From a virus, in IMG/VR virus record IMGVR_UViG_3300022751_000003, positions 1 through 53,541 of that record: a stretch of 53,541 bases of DNA, one strand, 5' to 3'. Position numbers and translations under genes: made by a program. This document shows, piece after piece, positions 33,602 through 43,443 of the stretch (the stretch's first letter is position 1; every line of letters begins with the position of its first letter). The notes beneath the pieces are model-generated. The model did not search any database. It saw nothing but the letters and a program-made list of their open reading frames with translations, and was not told the DNA's origin.

Positions 33602-34045
33602 ATGAAAAAGGAAACAATTTACGAAAACGATGATGTTATCATTAATGTAGAATACCCGGAAAAAGAAGAAAAAAAAGCTACGCAAAGTAGTTGGTTGCTT
33701 GTTTTACCTGTATTTATGTTTGCATTTATAATATCAATTGTTTTTCTACTGATTGATACAACAGCTTTACATAATGCTTATGAAAATAAGCTATTCTTGC
33801 CAAAGTGCGACTGTAAAGAAAAGCTACCAAAAACAGTTAGTATTGTATATAACGGTAGTTATTACGCAGTTAAAAGACAACATGAAAAATATGGAGAACA
33901 ATATTTATGGTCTGGTAGCCATGGATTTGACTGGATGTATCCGTCAATTGCAAAAGGAGATTATTTTTTAGATACTTGCAATGCTAAAGCAGCCTTGTTT
34001 TATAATAAAAAAATTCATAGAAATAAGATGAAAGACTTTCGTTAA
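33602..34045 (+). CDS. single-pass membrane protein encoded antisense to the late operon (147 aa)
   Basis: The track start is GTG; the first ATG gives MKKETIYEN... TM segment SSWLLVLPVFMFAFIISIVFLLI. It has its own terminator. Confidence 0.5.
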   Translation: MKKETIYENDDVIINVEYPEKEEKKATQSSWLLVLPVFMFAFIISIVFLLIDTTALHNAYENKLFLPKCDCKEKLPKTVSIVYNGSYYAVKRQHEKYGEQYLWSGSHGFDWMYPSIAKGDYFLDTCNAKAALFYNKKIHRNKMKDFR

Positions 34046-34071
34046 GTTTCGTCGCTGTACTTAGCGATATA

Positions 34072-34107
34072 AGCGCGATTTCAGAATAACTCTGGTCGCG
34101 CTTTTTT
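34072..34107 (+). terminator. intrinsic terminator for the antisense gene
   Basis: AGCGCGA-N17-TCGCGCT followed by TTTTT on the plus strand. No U run in the minus orientation. Confidence 0.5.
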
Positions 34108-34543
34108 ATGCAACAAAGTTAACTTTCCTAACCGCAAACGGCACATAGCCACCATCCCAAAACATGCCGGTGACAGCGCCGCCGCCATCGTAAATGTACT
34201 GTGGATTGGCACCACTCACAAGTCCGTCATTAATTAAGAATGCAACAGGCTCAAAACCATCAAGTAGCGTACTCAGATCAGAGCCAAACATTACAGTTAC
34301 GGTGCTAAATCCATCGTCTGTAATTGTAGCATCGGGGTATTCTGTAGATGGGATGGATACTCTTGTACCGCCCGAAGGAGCCGCACCAATCAACTCCAGC
34401 AACACCCTGTAAGGCACCGCCGTATCAAGATCCATATCAGCCGCTAAATATGGAGTAGCATATTTTACCTTACTACGCGCTTCAATACTTTGCGTCCTGC
34501 CTGGTGCAACAATTACATCTACAACTTCTATATTCTTTCCCAT
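34106..34543 (-). CDS. hypothetical tail/fibre-associated protein (145 aa)
   Basis: ORF abutting the fibre gene. Confidence 0.5.
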   Translation of the reverse strand: MGKNIEVVDVIVAPGRTQSIEARSKVKYATPYLAADMDLDTAVPYRVLLELIGAAPSGGTRVSIPSTEYPDATITDDGFSTVTVMFGSDLSTLLDGFEPVAFLINDGLVSGANPQYIYDGGGAVTGMFWDGGYVPFAVRKVNFVA

Positions 34544-35604
34544 TATTCTACGGCTATAAAATATAAAACGGTTAACGAATCGGGTTGAATATCCATTTCA
34601 GTGCCATTACCTAAGTTTTGAGACTTTCCTACAAATGTGGTTCCGGATCCTACTGACTTGGTTAGCTCATAGTTTAGCGTTTTAGCAAAAGCATCTCCAC
34701 CAGAATAGCCAAGCGCACGGGCAACTTTATCATTGGTGGTTGGTATGTTACCATTAGCATTACCAACTTCATCAACAAACAAACCTATGCCCTCCGCAGG
34801 AAGGTTGGTTTTCAATATTGGTGCTGTATTATCTGTATTGCCTACGCGAACACCTACATTCTGGCCGGTTTCGTAGCCCACTGGGTATTTGCCCTCCATA
34901 TTGGGAGTTCCGTTCGTGCCCATGATAACGCAATTATCATAGCCGCTTTCTGGTTTACCGTATCCCGTTACAAAATCCCACGCTTCATTCAAGTGTCCAT
35001 CATAAAGCGGAACAAACATGCCCATTGTCCCTTTATTGTATAGGCGTGTCCCACTTGCCGGGCTTGGCACACTTGCCGGGCTTTCATCATGCTGATACCA
35101 AAGGATGAATAAACTGTAATTATTGCCGTTCAGACCGGTCAAATAAAGCGTTTCAGGTTGCGTGAAAGGGAAGTTTCGCTCAATAAACACCGCCCCTAAA
35201 TCAACATCAATGTCCAGTATTTCACCGCCGCCGTTAGTAGTGCCTACTTTGAGAGGTATCGAACCACCGCTATTGTTCACAATGGCTATGCCGTACAGGT
35301 TAGAATAGTTACGGAATGTAGCCGAAATCGTAATGTCTGACGATTGGTTGATGTAAGAAGCCTTCCTAAGCGACTGAACCGAATCTAAGTAAGTAATGAA
35401 GTATGGTAGTTCTGAAAACTTCTTTGTTCCATCGCCAATTTTGAAATTTACCGGCAACCTATCGCCCTCACTAACAACAAAAGCTTGTTCCCCCTCGAAA
35501 ATCAGCCCCAATTCATCCTCTACCAATAGCCACTCAGCCTCAGTAGCAATTTTTTGCTTTACCCTGGCTAATATTACCTGATAATCTGCTTCGGTTAGTG
35601 GCAT
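34543..35604 (-). CDS. tail fibre protein
   Basis: N-terminal ATEAEWLLVEDELGLIFEGEQAFV...FKIGDGTKKFSELPYF matches the T.AEW...GE...K.GDG...W.ELPY motif of phage fibre/hyaluronidase N-termini. The C-terminal part is collar-like. Confidence 0.6.
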   Translation of the reverse strand: MPLTEADYQVILARVKQKIATEAEWLLVEDELGLIFEGEQAFVVSEGDRLPVNFKIGDGTKKFSELPYFITYLDSVQSLRKASYINQSSDITISATFRNYSNLYGIAIVNNSGGSIPLKVGTTNGGGEILDIDVDLGAVFIERNFPFTQPETLYLTGLNGNNYSLFILWYQHDESPASVPSPASGTRLYNKGTMGMFVPLYDGHLNEAWDFVTGYGKPESGYDNCVIMGTNGTPNMEGKYPVGYETGQNVGVRVGNTDNTAPILKTNLPAEGIGLFVDEVGNANGNIPTTNDKVARALGYSGGDAFAKTLNYELTKSVGSGTTFVGKSQNLGNGTEMDIQPDSLTVLYFIAVE

Positions 35605-35605
35605 C

Positions 35606-37591
35606 TTAGTTACTTAGGATATTGGCATTGCTGCCGTAAAACTTTTCTGTAAATATAGCATTTACGTTTCTACATTCAATAGCGTTTAGGTTCACTTCGC
35701 ATTTTTCAATATTGTATGATGACGATAGTGGCATAAACGTTGTATCCTGCATAGAATCTATTAAATAGATCTCGTCAAATTGATACTCCTTTTTACGAAC
35801 TGACATACTACCAGTATATATTTCTGACGGATCTTTTCTGAAACGCATCATGGCGTTAGCAGTAAGTCCTGTCAGTGAACCTGTGTAGAAATTTCCGTCC
35901 TTAAAGTGAAACTCATTAGGGGAGTTTTGGTAAGCAGTCATGTAATTACTCACCATGTACCCGCCAAAAGAACTACTAATGCCTAATTCTACAGTTTCAA
36001 CAAGGGTGTTATTAGTGTTATCAAATGTGTTTTCGTAAATATCGTTATTTTTCTCTGCTGAAATGGTAACGTTGTCAAGGGTGTAAATGGCGGTGTAGGG
36101 ATATGCGGGATCGGGGTATACCAAGCCTAACGCGCCAATCTTTACCGAAATATCGCATACATCGCCGGGTTGCAACTCACCTGATGGTTGTGGAAGAACT
36201 ATACCCTGAAACTTATCAAACTTTACTTGTGCAATTTCCCCCAATTTCAAGCCCGGTATGTTTATTTTAATAGTTGTATCTATTGACGTCCAAAAACCAA
36301 ACTCATTTAAATAATAAGTGTTGCTATTGCACCTGTAAACCACTTGCAAATACAATGGGGAAGCTTCCATGTTCATAGTTTCGCCGTCATCACGAGGCGA
36401 ACCATCCGGATTGGTAAATTGAGTGTACCAACTTTGAGCTGAAAAAAGAAAGTTTAAGTCTATTTTCTTAAGTAAAACATACCCATCTACTGGAAGCGGA
36501 TTGAATAAGCCAACATATGAAATCTGATCTGAACTAACCACCCCTAAAGGCGTAACCTTTAATGCATATCCACCCCTGCCATCCAAAGATGATACTTGCT
36601 CAATATTTATCGGGTTGCTTCCTATCTGTCCCCAGTATAAAGGGGATGCTAAACTCCAAAGGTCAAAGTTCCCATTCGGTAATATATTCTCCCGAACATC
36701 GGCTTCGTATTCAACCTTTACGGTTTTTAAACCTGGCTTGTTGATCATTAACTGATCTTCATTAACCATTGGGTACCCATCACGGCCAATTTTTCGCCTT
36801 ATGTTTTCTGTACCTGTAGAAATCACAAGTTGCCCCAATCCATCTCCCACACGCTTGAAGTCCATTGCCCCAGTTACGCTATCATTCACGCGCCGTATTA
36901 CCCATGTGCCATTACTTTGATAGATACGGCACTGCATAGATTTTAGCAAATTAGAGATAATATACCCGCAACTATTCCCTGTAAATCCCTCGCCCCGGGT
37001 TGACCACTGCACAGCGCCCGTAAACACGTCCTGGTCGGGGAATGCATTACACTCTAAATTATTTGTCCATTTAATTGGCAATGGCAATCCTAAGTTGCTC
37101 CCGGCAAACAATATTTGCCTGAAATAATTCATAGGGCATCTTGACCCCTCATTGCCTGTTCCGAATAAATTATCATGCACATAAGGCATATCGTCAAGAA
37201 ATGTTAACCCATCTTTAGCGGCAAGTGTGAACTGCTTTGCCACCCCTACCAATCGCCGTTGTGTATCCTTTGAATCCAAGTAACCAGTCCAGAATAGAGA
37301 TGAATTTCGGTAAACATTTACCTTATATTGCCTATCCGTAGCGCGCTGAAACTCCTTAATATCAACCTGCCCCTGATTGTATAGGTTCATGGTTAGAGTT
37401 GATGTAACAGCCCAGCTATACGGGTTGTCCTGATCTACAGAAGCCCACGACAAAACAGCACATTGCCCCTCGACTGCACGAATGGTAATCGTAGGGCTTG
37501 TGGGCGTTACGGTATAGGTTGACAACAATATATCAACCTTCCATGAAACATCGTCTATAGCCTTAAATGGTATGGTATATTTTACGCCCAT
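35606..37591 (-). CDS. distal tail / baseplate hub protein candidate (661 aa)
   Basis: Immediately downstream of the tape measure (TAATG overlap), the usual Dit/Tal position in siphoviruses. Confidence 0.45.
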   Translation of the reverse strand: MGVKYTIPFKAIDDVSWKVDILLSTYTVTPTSPTITIRAVEGQCAVLSWASVDQDNPYSWAVTSTLTMNLYNQGQVDIKEFQRATDRQYKVNVYRNSSLFWTGYLDSKDTQRRLVGVAKQFTLAAKDGLTFLDDMPYVHDNLFGTGNEGSRCPMNYFRQILFAGSNLGLPLPIKWTNNLECNAFPDQDVFTGAVQWSTRGEGFTGNSCGYIISNLLKSMQCRIYQSNGTWVIRRVNDSVTGAMDFKRVGDGLGQLVISTGTENIRRKIGRDGYPMVNEDQLMINKPGLKTVKVEYEADVRENILPNGNFDLWSLASPLYWGQIGSNPINIEQVSSLDGRGGYALKVTPLGVVSSDQISYVGLFNPLPVDGYVLLKKIDLNFLFSAQSWYTQFTNPDGSPRDDGETMNMEASPLYLQVVYRCNSNTYYLNEFGFWTSIDTTIKINIPGLKLGEIAQVKFDKFQGIVLPQPSGELQPGDVCDISVKIGALGLVYPDPAYPYTAIYTLDNVTISAEKNNDIYENTFDNTNNTLVETVELGISSSFGGYMVSNYMTAYQNSPNEFHFKDGNFYTGSLTGLTANAMMRFRKDPSEIYTGSMSVRKKEYQFDEIYLIDSMQDTTFMPLSSSYNIEKCEVNLNAIECRNVNAIFTEKFYGSNANILSN

Positions 37592-40500
37592 TATCTGCCT
37601 GTTGCTCTATTAATAACTGTTACTAAATCTTTCCCCTCAACCTTCAGCTTTATTTCTCCAAATGCGTTTACATCAACGCCTGAAACTATACCGTTTACTG
37701 TCATCCGGCCAATTATAGAAGATGTGTAAGCAATTGACTGGCGCAATAGTTCGGTTTGCTTTTGTGCCTCTGCTAGTTGCTGTTCTTGTAGTTTTTTTCG
37801 CTCTGCCGATGCTCCAAAAATACCCCCTAATGCACCTGCTATACCTCCTACTGCTGCGCCTATCGCTGTGCCGATGCCGGGTATCACACTACCCACTGCC
37901 GCCCCCGCAGCGGCACCGCTTAATGCGCCACCTAACCCCTGACCAACGCTTGAGGTTTTAGGTGTCAATCCACTTATTAAACCACCGGCAATAGCTAATC
38001 CTGCTATTTGTGCCTGCAGGGCTTTGCTTAAACCTCCTGTACCTTTATCAATCCCCTCTTGGAGTTTCTTTTCAAGCTGAGATTGTAACACAGAAAACAC
38101 ACCCTGCTCAACTGTTTGAGAAAACGATGCAGTTATAGATGAAAATACAGATGCAAAGTTGGCTCCAGCCTGTGATGTTGCGTTAAAAAGTCCCTGTCTT
38201 AAATTATCAACAAAGCCACGAGTAACACCCTTTAATGCATTGTTAAAGTCCTTATTTAGGTAGTTGTTTAATTCTTTTGCAAATCCCGAATCAATATTAC
38301 TATTGTCTTTGCCCTGCTGGTTCTTTAGCAACCCGCTTACAAAATCAGATGAACCACCAACGCCAGGAATAATAAAATTACCATCAACAGTAGTTATTTT
38401 TAATAAGTCAGCATAGTATTTATTAAGCGCGGCACGTCTATTTTCCCATTCCTTATCAATCTTATTGGTATAATCTTCTTCCCTGCCTGTTAATTTAGCA
38501 ATAGTTGTTTCCTGAATACCAAGTATTTTCGATTGAAGGTCATTTTGTATAGCCTCATACTTATCATTAACCGCCTGCACAGCAGCAACGCGCCCCTCAT
38601 CTATGGCTGATAGGATCTCGGAATTGCCTTTAGCTTTGACTACTTCCGAGTCATACCTCGCTTGAATTGCCAGCAACTCTTTTGCTTTATCTTCCGCTAC
38701 CTTAACACCGAAGTCATTGCGGATTCGGGTTATTTCATTGGCAACTCGCTTTTCTTCTTTTATTCGGGCATCTGAAATTTCTTTATTAAACGGGTCGACT
38801 AAACCCGCTTTTGTTGATTTGGCTTCATCAATTAGAGAAGCGCTTAAAGTGGGGTTTAATCCCTGTTTCCCTCCTGTTTTTTTATAAAGTCTCTCCTGTG
38901 CCTGCACATTTGAGATAAATAAATTTATCTCTTTGTTAAGAGCAAGGTAGGTGTTTTGAATTGATTTTAAGTCTAACGCATACCCTTCTAACCCAGATTC
39001 AGATGCTGTTTTTTTACTTTTGCTAATTATATCATCTAATTGTTGCCTTAGATTTACCTCTTTCACTAAACTAAAATTAGCTTGTTTAGGAGATGAATCT
39101 AATCCCATCGCGGCCTTCAGCTCGGCCTTAAACGCTTTTAACTGCAATACATATTCTTTGTACTGCTTAGATGCTACATCTAAAGGTCGTTTGAGTTCGG
39201 TTACCCTTTTTATATCAGCCTTAATATCATCAATGGTTCTGATCCCGTCATCAATTATACCGGTTTCTACACCATCCCCGACTATGGTTTGCTGAACTTT
39301 TTTAGGCTTTCTTTGCTGGTCTAACTTTTCAAAATAGTTTATTACATCTTGTTGGGACTTAGTTAATTTACCACCTATATCACGAATAGTTTTAGCTAAT
39401 TCGTACTGCCTCCCTAAAACTTGGATTAGCTCATCTCTTAAACGACCCTTATCTGTTTCTCCAAACGCGCCAGCAAGAGAGGCCTGAATAAGTCTCTTGG
39501 GCTGCTCTTGAACATTGAATTCCTGATTCGCTTTTTTAAGCACATCCCTATTTTGAGCCAATAACAACTCGCGTTGCGCCTTAGTAAGGTCTGTTATTTT
39601 TTTACGGTTAATATCTAAAGAATTCCCATACTCATCGAACCTTGTGGTTACATTTGGAAGTAAAGCCCCTATCTTTGCCGTAATATCTCTTAACTCGGTT
39701 TGCTCGATGGTAGTGAGGCTGCTTTTGCCTTTTAATTCGTCATATCGCTTTACAAGCGGATTCAACGAAGCTTCTAATTGTTCATTGGCGTGTTTATTCT
39801 TTTGTAATACTTCAGCTAATTCGGCGGCCTCTGTCTTTGTAGAGGTGATGCCATTTAGAAAAGTAGCAAGAGAACGGGCAAACGATGAACTTGTAAACGC
39901 ATTGCTAATAGAATTACCTATTTTATCTATACTCGCCGATAAGCTATTATTTGCTAATTCAAAGTTATGAGCAACACTCGTACCCTCCGCATTAGCTTTA
40001 TTGGCAAGGGCTGTTTTTTGGAATAAAGAATCTTGGTTTTCAGCGAGAGCAATTACCGCGTTCTTTGCTGCGCCGGTAGTTAAACTAAGTGTTTTAAGTC
40101 TATCAGAAAACTCTGTCTGTGTTGGATTACCAGCTTTTAAGCCCTTAAAAAATAACTCTAATGCACTTTTTGTATCTCTGTTTATTAGGTCAGTAAACTT
40201 TTGTAATGTTAAAGTGCTGTCAGCTAATTGAGCAATAGCAAAAAAGTCCTGCCTTTTAGTTGAAAGATTAGATATAAGCCTTGTAAGAGACGTTCCCGCT
40301 ACCTGCGCCGAAATACCGGCCTGAGACAAAACTGCGCCATATGCCAGCATTGTAGGTAAGGTTATTTTTGCTACTTGGGCTATACCCGCAGTACGTAAAG
40401 CAAAATCCTGTAAATACTGAACATTAACTTGGCCGCTATGGGCTAATTCAAGAAACGTAGAACCTGTATTTTTTAGAGCCTGATCGAGCGATATACCTTC

Positions 40501-41325
40501 GCGTTGTGTAATTTTATAAACTGATATTATTTTACCTAAAGCAGTAGCAACTGCATCCGCGCCTCCTGGGAATTCCTTTTTTAAAACAACAGAAAGTTGA
40601 TCTACTGTTGTGACAAAACCCACTAAGTCATTTTTTGCAACACCAAGCCTGCCACCGATGAAAGCAATATCAAGCAAACCTGATAATGGGGTTCTTGTAT
40701 CTATCCTTTTTAGGGCTTCGCCTAACCCATCTACTTCCTCGGCTGAAAGTTTAGCTGTTCTTTGAACGTCTACAAATTCGTCTGATAAGTTAACGTTGTT
40801 TGAAAATACAGCTTTTGCCGCGGCTAAACCCGCTGTCAATAATGCTAATGGAGCTAATGAACTAATTATCCCACCACTTAGGCTTGAAAATATCCCATTA
40901 AGTCCAGATACACTACTTGTTGTTGCTTTAATTTCATTAGAAAGGTTATTAAAAGACGATGGATCGTATATCTTTCTTAACTTTTCTCTTGTCTTTTCCG
41001 CTTCCGTTCCGGTGTTTTTAATGGCGACACCAACGTTATCAAAACCGATCTTCCCTATGTTGTCAGCTCGCTTTAATTCGGCTTCTAATTCTTGTATCAG
41101 TTTGTTTTGACGGGCTAATTTAGCCTCATCAACAAAATTTACCTTTTGCTTATTAAGCTCAACAATATCTCTTTTTAATTGAGTTATAGAGGTAATTTCT
41201 TTTGAAATTGCAGAGTTTGATCTTGTGGCCGACTGTTCTAATGAATAAAGATTTGCTGTAGCTTGTTTTGTAGCTTGCAACAATCCCGTTACATTACCAG
41301 TAATTTCATAAACCAACCTTGCCAT
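37591..41325 (-). CDS. tail tape measure protein
   Basis: 1244 aa, mostly helical and coiled-coil, with a Gly/Ala-rich hydrophobic stretch near the C-terminus. Follows the frameshifted chaperone pair. Confidence 0.9.
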   Translation of the reverse strand: MARLVYEITGNVTGLLQATKQATANLYSLEQSATRSNSAISKEITSITQLKRDIVELNKQKVNFVDEAKLARQNKLIQELEAELKRADNIGKIGFDNVGVAIKNTGTEAEKTREKLRKIYDPSSFNNLSNEIKATTSSVSGLNGIFSSLSGGIISSLAPLALLTAGLAAAKAVFSNNVNLSDEFVDVQRTAKLSAEEVDGLGEALKRIDTRTPLSGLLDIAFIGGRLGVAKNDLVGFVTTVDQLSVVLKKEFPGGADAVATALGKIISVYKITQREGISLDQALKNTGSTFLELAHSGQVNVQYLQDFALRTAGIAQVAKITLPTMLAYGAVLSQAGISAQVAGTSLTRLISNLSTKRQDFFAIAQLADSTLTLQKFTDLINRDTKSALELFFKGLKAGNPTQTEFSDRLKTLSLTTGAAKNAVIALAENQDSLFQKTALANKANAEGTSVAHNFELANNSLSASIDKIGNSISNAFTSSSFARSLATFLNGITSTKTEAAELAEVLQKNKHANEQLEASLNPLVKRYDELKGKSSLTTIEQTELRDITAKIGALLPNVTTRFDEYGNSLDINRKKITDLTKAQRELLLAQNRDVLKKANQEFNVQEQPKRLIQASLAGAFGETDKGRLRDELIQVLGRQYELAKTIRDIGGKLTKSQQDVINYFEKLDQQRKPKKVQQTIVGDGVETGIIDDGIRTIDDIKADIKRVTELKRPLDVASKQYKEYVLQLKAFKAELKAAMGLDSSPKQANFSLVKEVNLRQQLDDIISKSKKTASESGLEGYALDLKSIQNTYLALNKEINLFISNVQAQERLYKKTGGKQGLNPTLSASLIDEAKSTKAGLVDPFNKEISDARIKEEKRVANEITRIRNDFGVKVAEDKAKELLAIQARYDSEVVKAKGNSEILSAIDEGRVAAVQAVNDKYEAIQNDLQSKILGIQETTIAKLTGREEDYTNKIDKEWENRRAALNKYYADLLKITTVDGNFIIPGVGGSSDFVSGLLKNQQGKDNSNIDSGFAKELNNYLNKDFNNALKGVTRGFVDNLRQGLFNATSQAGANFASVFSSITASFSQTVEQGVFSVLQSQLEKKLQEGIDKGTGGLSKALQAQIAGLAIAGGLISGLTPKTSSVGQGLGGALSGAAAGAAVGSVIPGIGTAIGAAVGGIAGALGGIFGASAERKKLQEQQLAEAQKQTELLRQSIAYTSSIIGRMTVNGIVSGVDVNAFGEIKLKVEGKDLVTVINRATGR

Positions 41326-41334
41326 GCTTCAAAC

Positions 41335-41595
41335 TTACTGAAAATCTTTAAATAATCGCATAGCCTGTTTCATGCTTCTTATAGGCTGTTTAGTGTTTTC
41401 TAAATCGGAATGCAGTTCAATCACTCTTTCTGGTGGTATATAGTCTTTTGCGCCCCATCCTGCGTAATTAATAACGGCTGTCATTATATGCCTGGTTTGG
41501 TTCCATTCGTGGTCTCTGCGGCGTTGATAGCCAGTTAGGATTAACTGAAACTGAGAAAGGGTTACAGCAGCAACCTCAAGCGGCTTGTAACCCAT
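41335..41595 (-). CDS. tail assembly chaperone, T-frame segment (expressed as G-T fusion by -1 frameshift)
   Basis: This frame is open from 41643 downstream and is reached by a -1 slip from the 41628..41993 frame. Confidence 0.6.
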   Translation of the reverse strand: MGYKPLEVAAVTLSQFQLILTGYQRRRDHEWNQTRHIMTAVINYAGWGAKDYIPPERVIELHSDLENTKQPIRSMKQAMRLFKDFQ

Positions 41596-41627
41596 TTCAT
41601 AAAGGAGTAATATAATTTTAGCGAGTG

Positions 41628-41993
41628 TTAACTTGCTTTTTTTTTATCATCTGGCTCAATAGACGCGGCGAAATACTCCTGAATTGTTCGCCCTAAGTAT
41701 TTACTTTTGGCGAAATTCTCCATGATGGCCTTGAAGTCGTCTTGCTCCATTTCCTCTAAAGCAACCTGCAAATCACGATAAGAAATATCGAATGGCACGC
41801 GATTTAACTCGCATCCGTTTTGCACAGCAGACAATACAAGGGTTGTGATCGCTTTCATGGTATTGATTCCCGGGTTGGGATCGTCAATCATAGCCAAGCC
41901 CTCAATATCACATCCCATATTATTGCAATATATTTCAATTGCACCCATGCCAAAGTGATACGGGTATTCTTTACCTTTTATTAAAATCCTCAT
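41628..41993 (-). CDS. tail assembly chaperone (G-like)
   Basis: 121-aa acidic protein between the tube gene and the tape measure. It ends ...EPDDKKKAS within an A9 run. Confidence 0.65.
   Translation of the reverse strand: MRILIKGKEYPYHFGMGAIEIYCNNMGCDIEGLAMIDDPNPGINTMKAITTLVLSAVQNGCELNRVPFDISYRDLQVALEEMEQDDFKAIMENFAKSKYLGRTIQEYFAASIEPDDKKKAS
41637..41645 (-). promoter_or_regulatory. programmed -1 ribosomal frameshift slippery site (A AAA AAA within A9)
   Basis: Nine consecutive A on the coding strand, 3 codons before the G stop. The -1 frame continues KSKLTLAKIILLLYEMGYKPLEV... into 41335..41595. Confidence 0.6.
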
Positions 41994-42147
41994 CTGCTAA
42001 TTGCTGTGCTTTGTTTTTACCGGGCTTTGCGTTTTGATTCGTGGTGAAAGTATACCTTTTTTTAGTACACCCACAACCGCAATGATGGTCATAGCTGATA
42101 TGCCATATACCATCACGAACTTTTACTATTCCTACTACCTTGTTCAT
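41971..42147 (-). CDS. hypothetical small protein (58 aa)
   Basis: Hand-read ORF MNKVVGIVKVRDGIWHISYDHHCGCGCTKK... between the tube and chaperone genes; overlaps the chaperone start by 23 nt. Confidence 0.3.
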   Translation of the reverse strand: MNKVVGIVKVRDGIWHISYDHHCGCGCTKKRYTFTTNQNAKPGKNKAQQLADEDFNKR

Positions 42148-42150
42148 TGT

Positions 42151-42624
42151 TTAGGTAGTTACTGGAACAGTGGTACGGGTTAATGTGCCGTTGCCTGTAA
42201 AAGTAGTTGAAGTAGTTGCCGCGCCAGTATCGGGAGCCGTAATGCTAAACGAAGTTAATATAGCGGGTCCTGAATAAATAGCGTCAACATCGCTTTGAGT
42301 TTGGCCGATAGCTGTTCTGAAATAAACAGCATCGATATAAACATCGCCATCAACAAACAACTTACCTAAGTCAATATCAGCGTTTGCCGAAACCATGCTA
42401 TCGCGCAGCAATGATCCATCTACATCAATACTCCAGTCGCGGCTATCTGCCGTGCGGGTTACAAATGGGATACCGCTTGCATCGCCGGTTCCGTCAAGAA
42501 CTTTACAGGGCGCATCTTCGCTTACGTTTACTGTGGTATTTAGGGTTGCGCTGGTTTGGCAATCAAGCCATTCACCGTTTACCTGAACGCCGAAAATATT
42601 GCCCGTTAATTTACCGTCTGCCAT
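42151..42624 (-). CDS. major tail (tube) protein, paralog B
   Basis: 157 aa in the canonical position upstream of the chaperones. Shares ...C.TS...W...G.LL...F.T...SG.A..TS..ITAP.TGAA...G.G.L with 42964..43443. Confidence 0.6.
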   Translation of the reverse strand: MADGKLTGNIFGVQVNGEWLDCQTSATLNTTVNVSEDAPCKVLDGTGDASGIPFVTRTADSRDWSIDVDGSLLRDSMVSANADIDLGKLFVDGDVYIDAVYFRTAIGQTQSDVDAIYSGPAILTSFSITAPDTGAATTSTTFTGNGTLTRTTVPVTT

Positions 42625-42628
42625 GATT

Positions 42629-42967
42629 TTAATTTTTGAATGTAATATTACTTAATATTTCTGAAATTTCTTTAGTTGATGAAAATATTTTTATGATGGT
42701 GTGTTCTTTGGTAATGGTTTGCACCTGCCCAATGAAGCCGTATTGTTTGTCATCTGATTCGTTTTTAAATACCAATTTGCAATCGTCGCCAATATCTGGG
42801 GCTTTAGTAGCGTGGAATATATGTTTTACGATTAATTGCCAGCCTTGTGTAAGGCTTACTATTTCGTTTGTGCCTGGTTTGAACACCGGTGTTCGAGTAA
42901 CATCATACATGCAATCATTACTGCATGACCATGTGTTATTATGGGTTATGAATGCGTCGCCTGTCAT
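42629..42967 (-). CDS. hypothetical protein (112 aa) between the two tube paralogs
   Basis: ORF; no motif recognised. Confidence 0.5.
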   Translation of the reverse strand: MTGDAFITHNNTWSCSNDCMYDVTRTPVFKPGTNEIVSLTQGWQLIVKHIFHATKAPDIGDDCKLVFKNESDDKQYGFIGQVQTITKEHTIIKIFSSTKEISEILSNITFKN

Positions 42968-43443
42968 ATTACTTGCTCATTAACAATTGTTGGGTAGTCC
43001 GCAGATGGCGGCATCGCATCAATTAAAATACTATACTCCTGCAAATTATAATCTAACTTCCCAGTCCCTTTTAAAACCACATTCCAGTTAGCCGCACCAG
43101 TAGATGGTGCCGTAATATCGCCGCTCGTAAACAAAGCCAATCCTGAAAACACCAACTGAATATCAGACGACGGGCGAGTTGCGAATTGAATGTAAATAGG
43201 GTTATCATTAAAATATCCCGCTACCAACATTTTCTTAATATCCGAACCAACCGCTTCAAGTAGCAAGTTCCCCGCCACAGTTACCTGCCATTCACGCAGC
43301 CCGTTTATAAACTCTCGCCATCCACCACTATCAACCGCCGTAGCAGGCAGGTTTTCACGACCGAAGCTAATCGAGCATGACGTTTCACATGAGGTAAACG
43401 TCCCATTGAAATTAGCCCCTATTAAACGTCCTGCTGCTGGCAT
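42964..43443 (-). CDS. major tail (tube)-like protein, paralog A
   Basis: The track start is TTG; the ATG gives MPAAGRLIGANFNGTFTSCETS... Alignable over its length with 42151..42624. Confidence 0.55.
   Translation of the reverse strand: MPAAGRLIGANFNGTFTSCETSCSISFGRENLPATAVDSGGWREFINGLREWQVTVAGNLLLEAVGSDIKKMLVAGYFNDNPIYIQFATRPSSDIQLVFSGLALFTSGDITAPSTGAANWNVVLKGTGKLDYNLQEYSILIDAMPPSADYPTIVNEQVI

Noticed and set aside
34543-35604. Possible diversity-generating retroelement target, prompted by the Mtd/hyaluronidase-like N-terminal fibre motif
   Set aside because: No reverse transcriptase gene occurs anywhere in the genome, and I saw no template/variable repeat pair.
37722-41110. Several plus-strand ORFs inside the tape measure gene
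   Set aside because: They are antisense shadows of a long, compositionally biased gene, with no start context or motif support.
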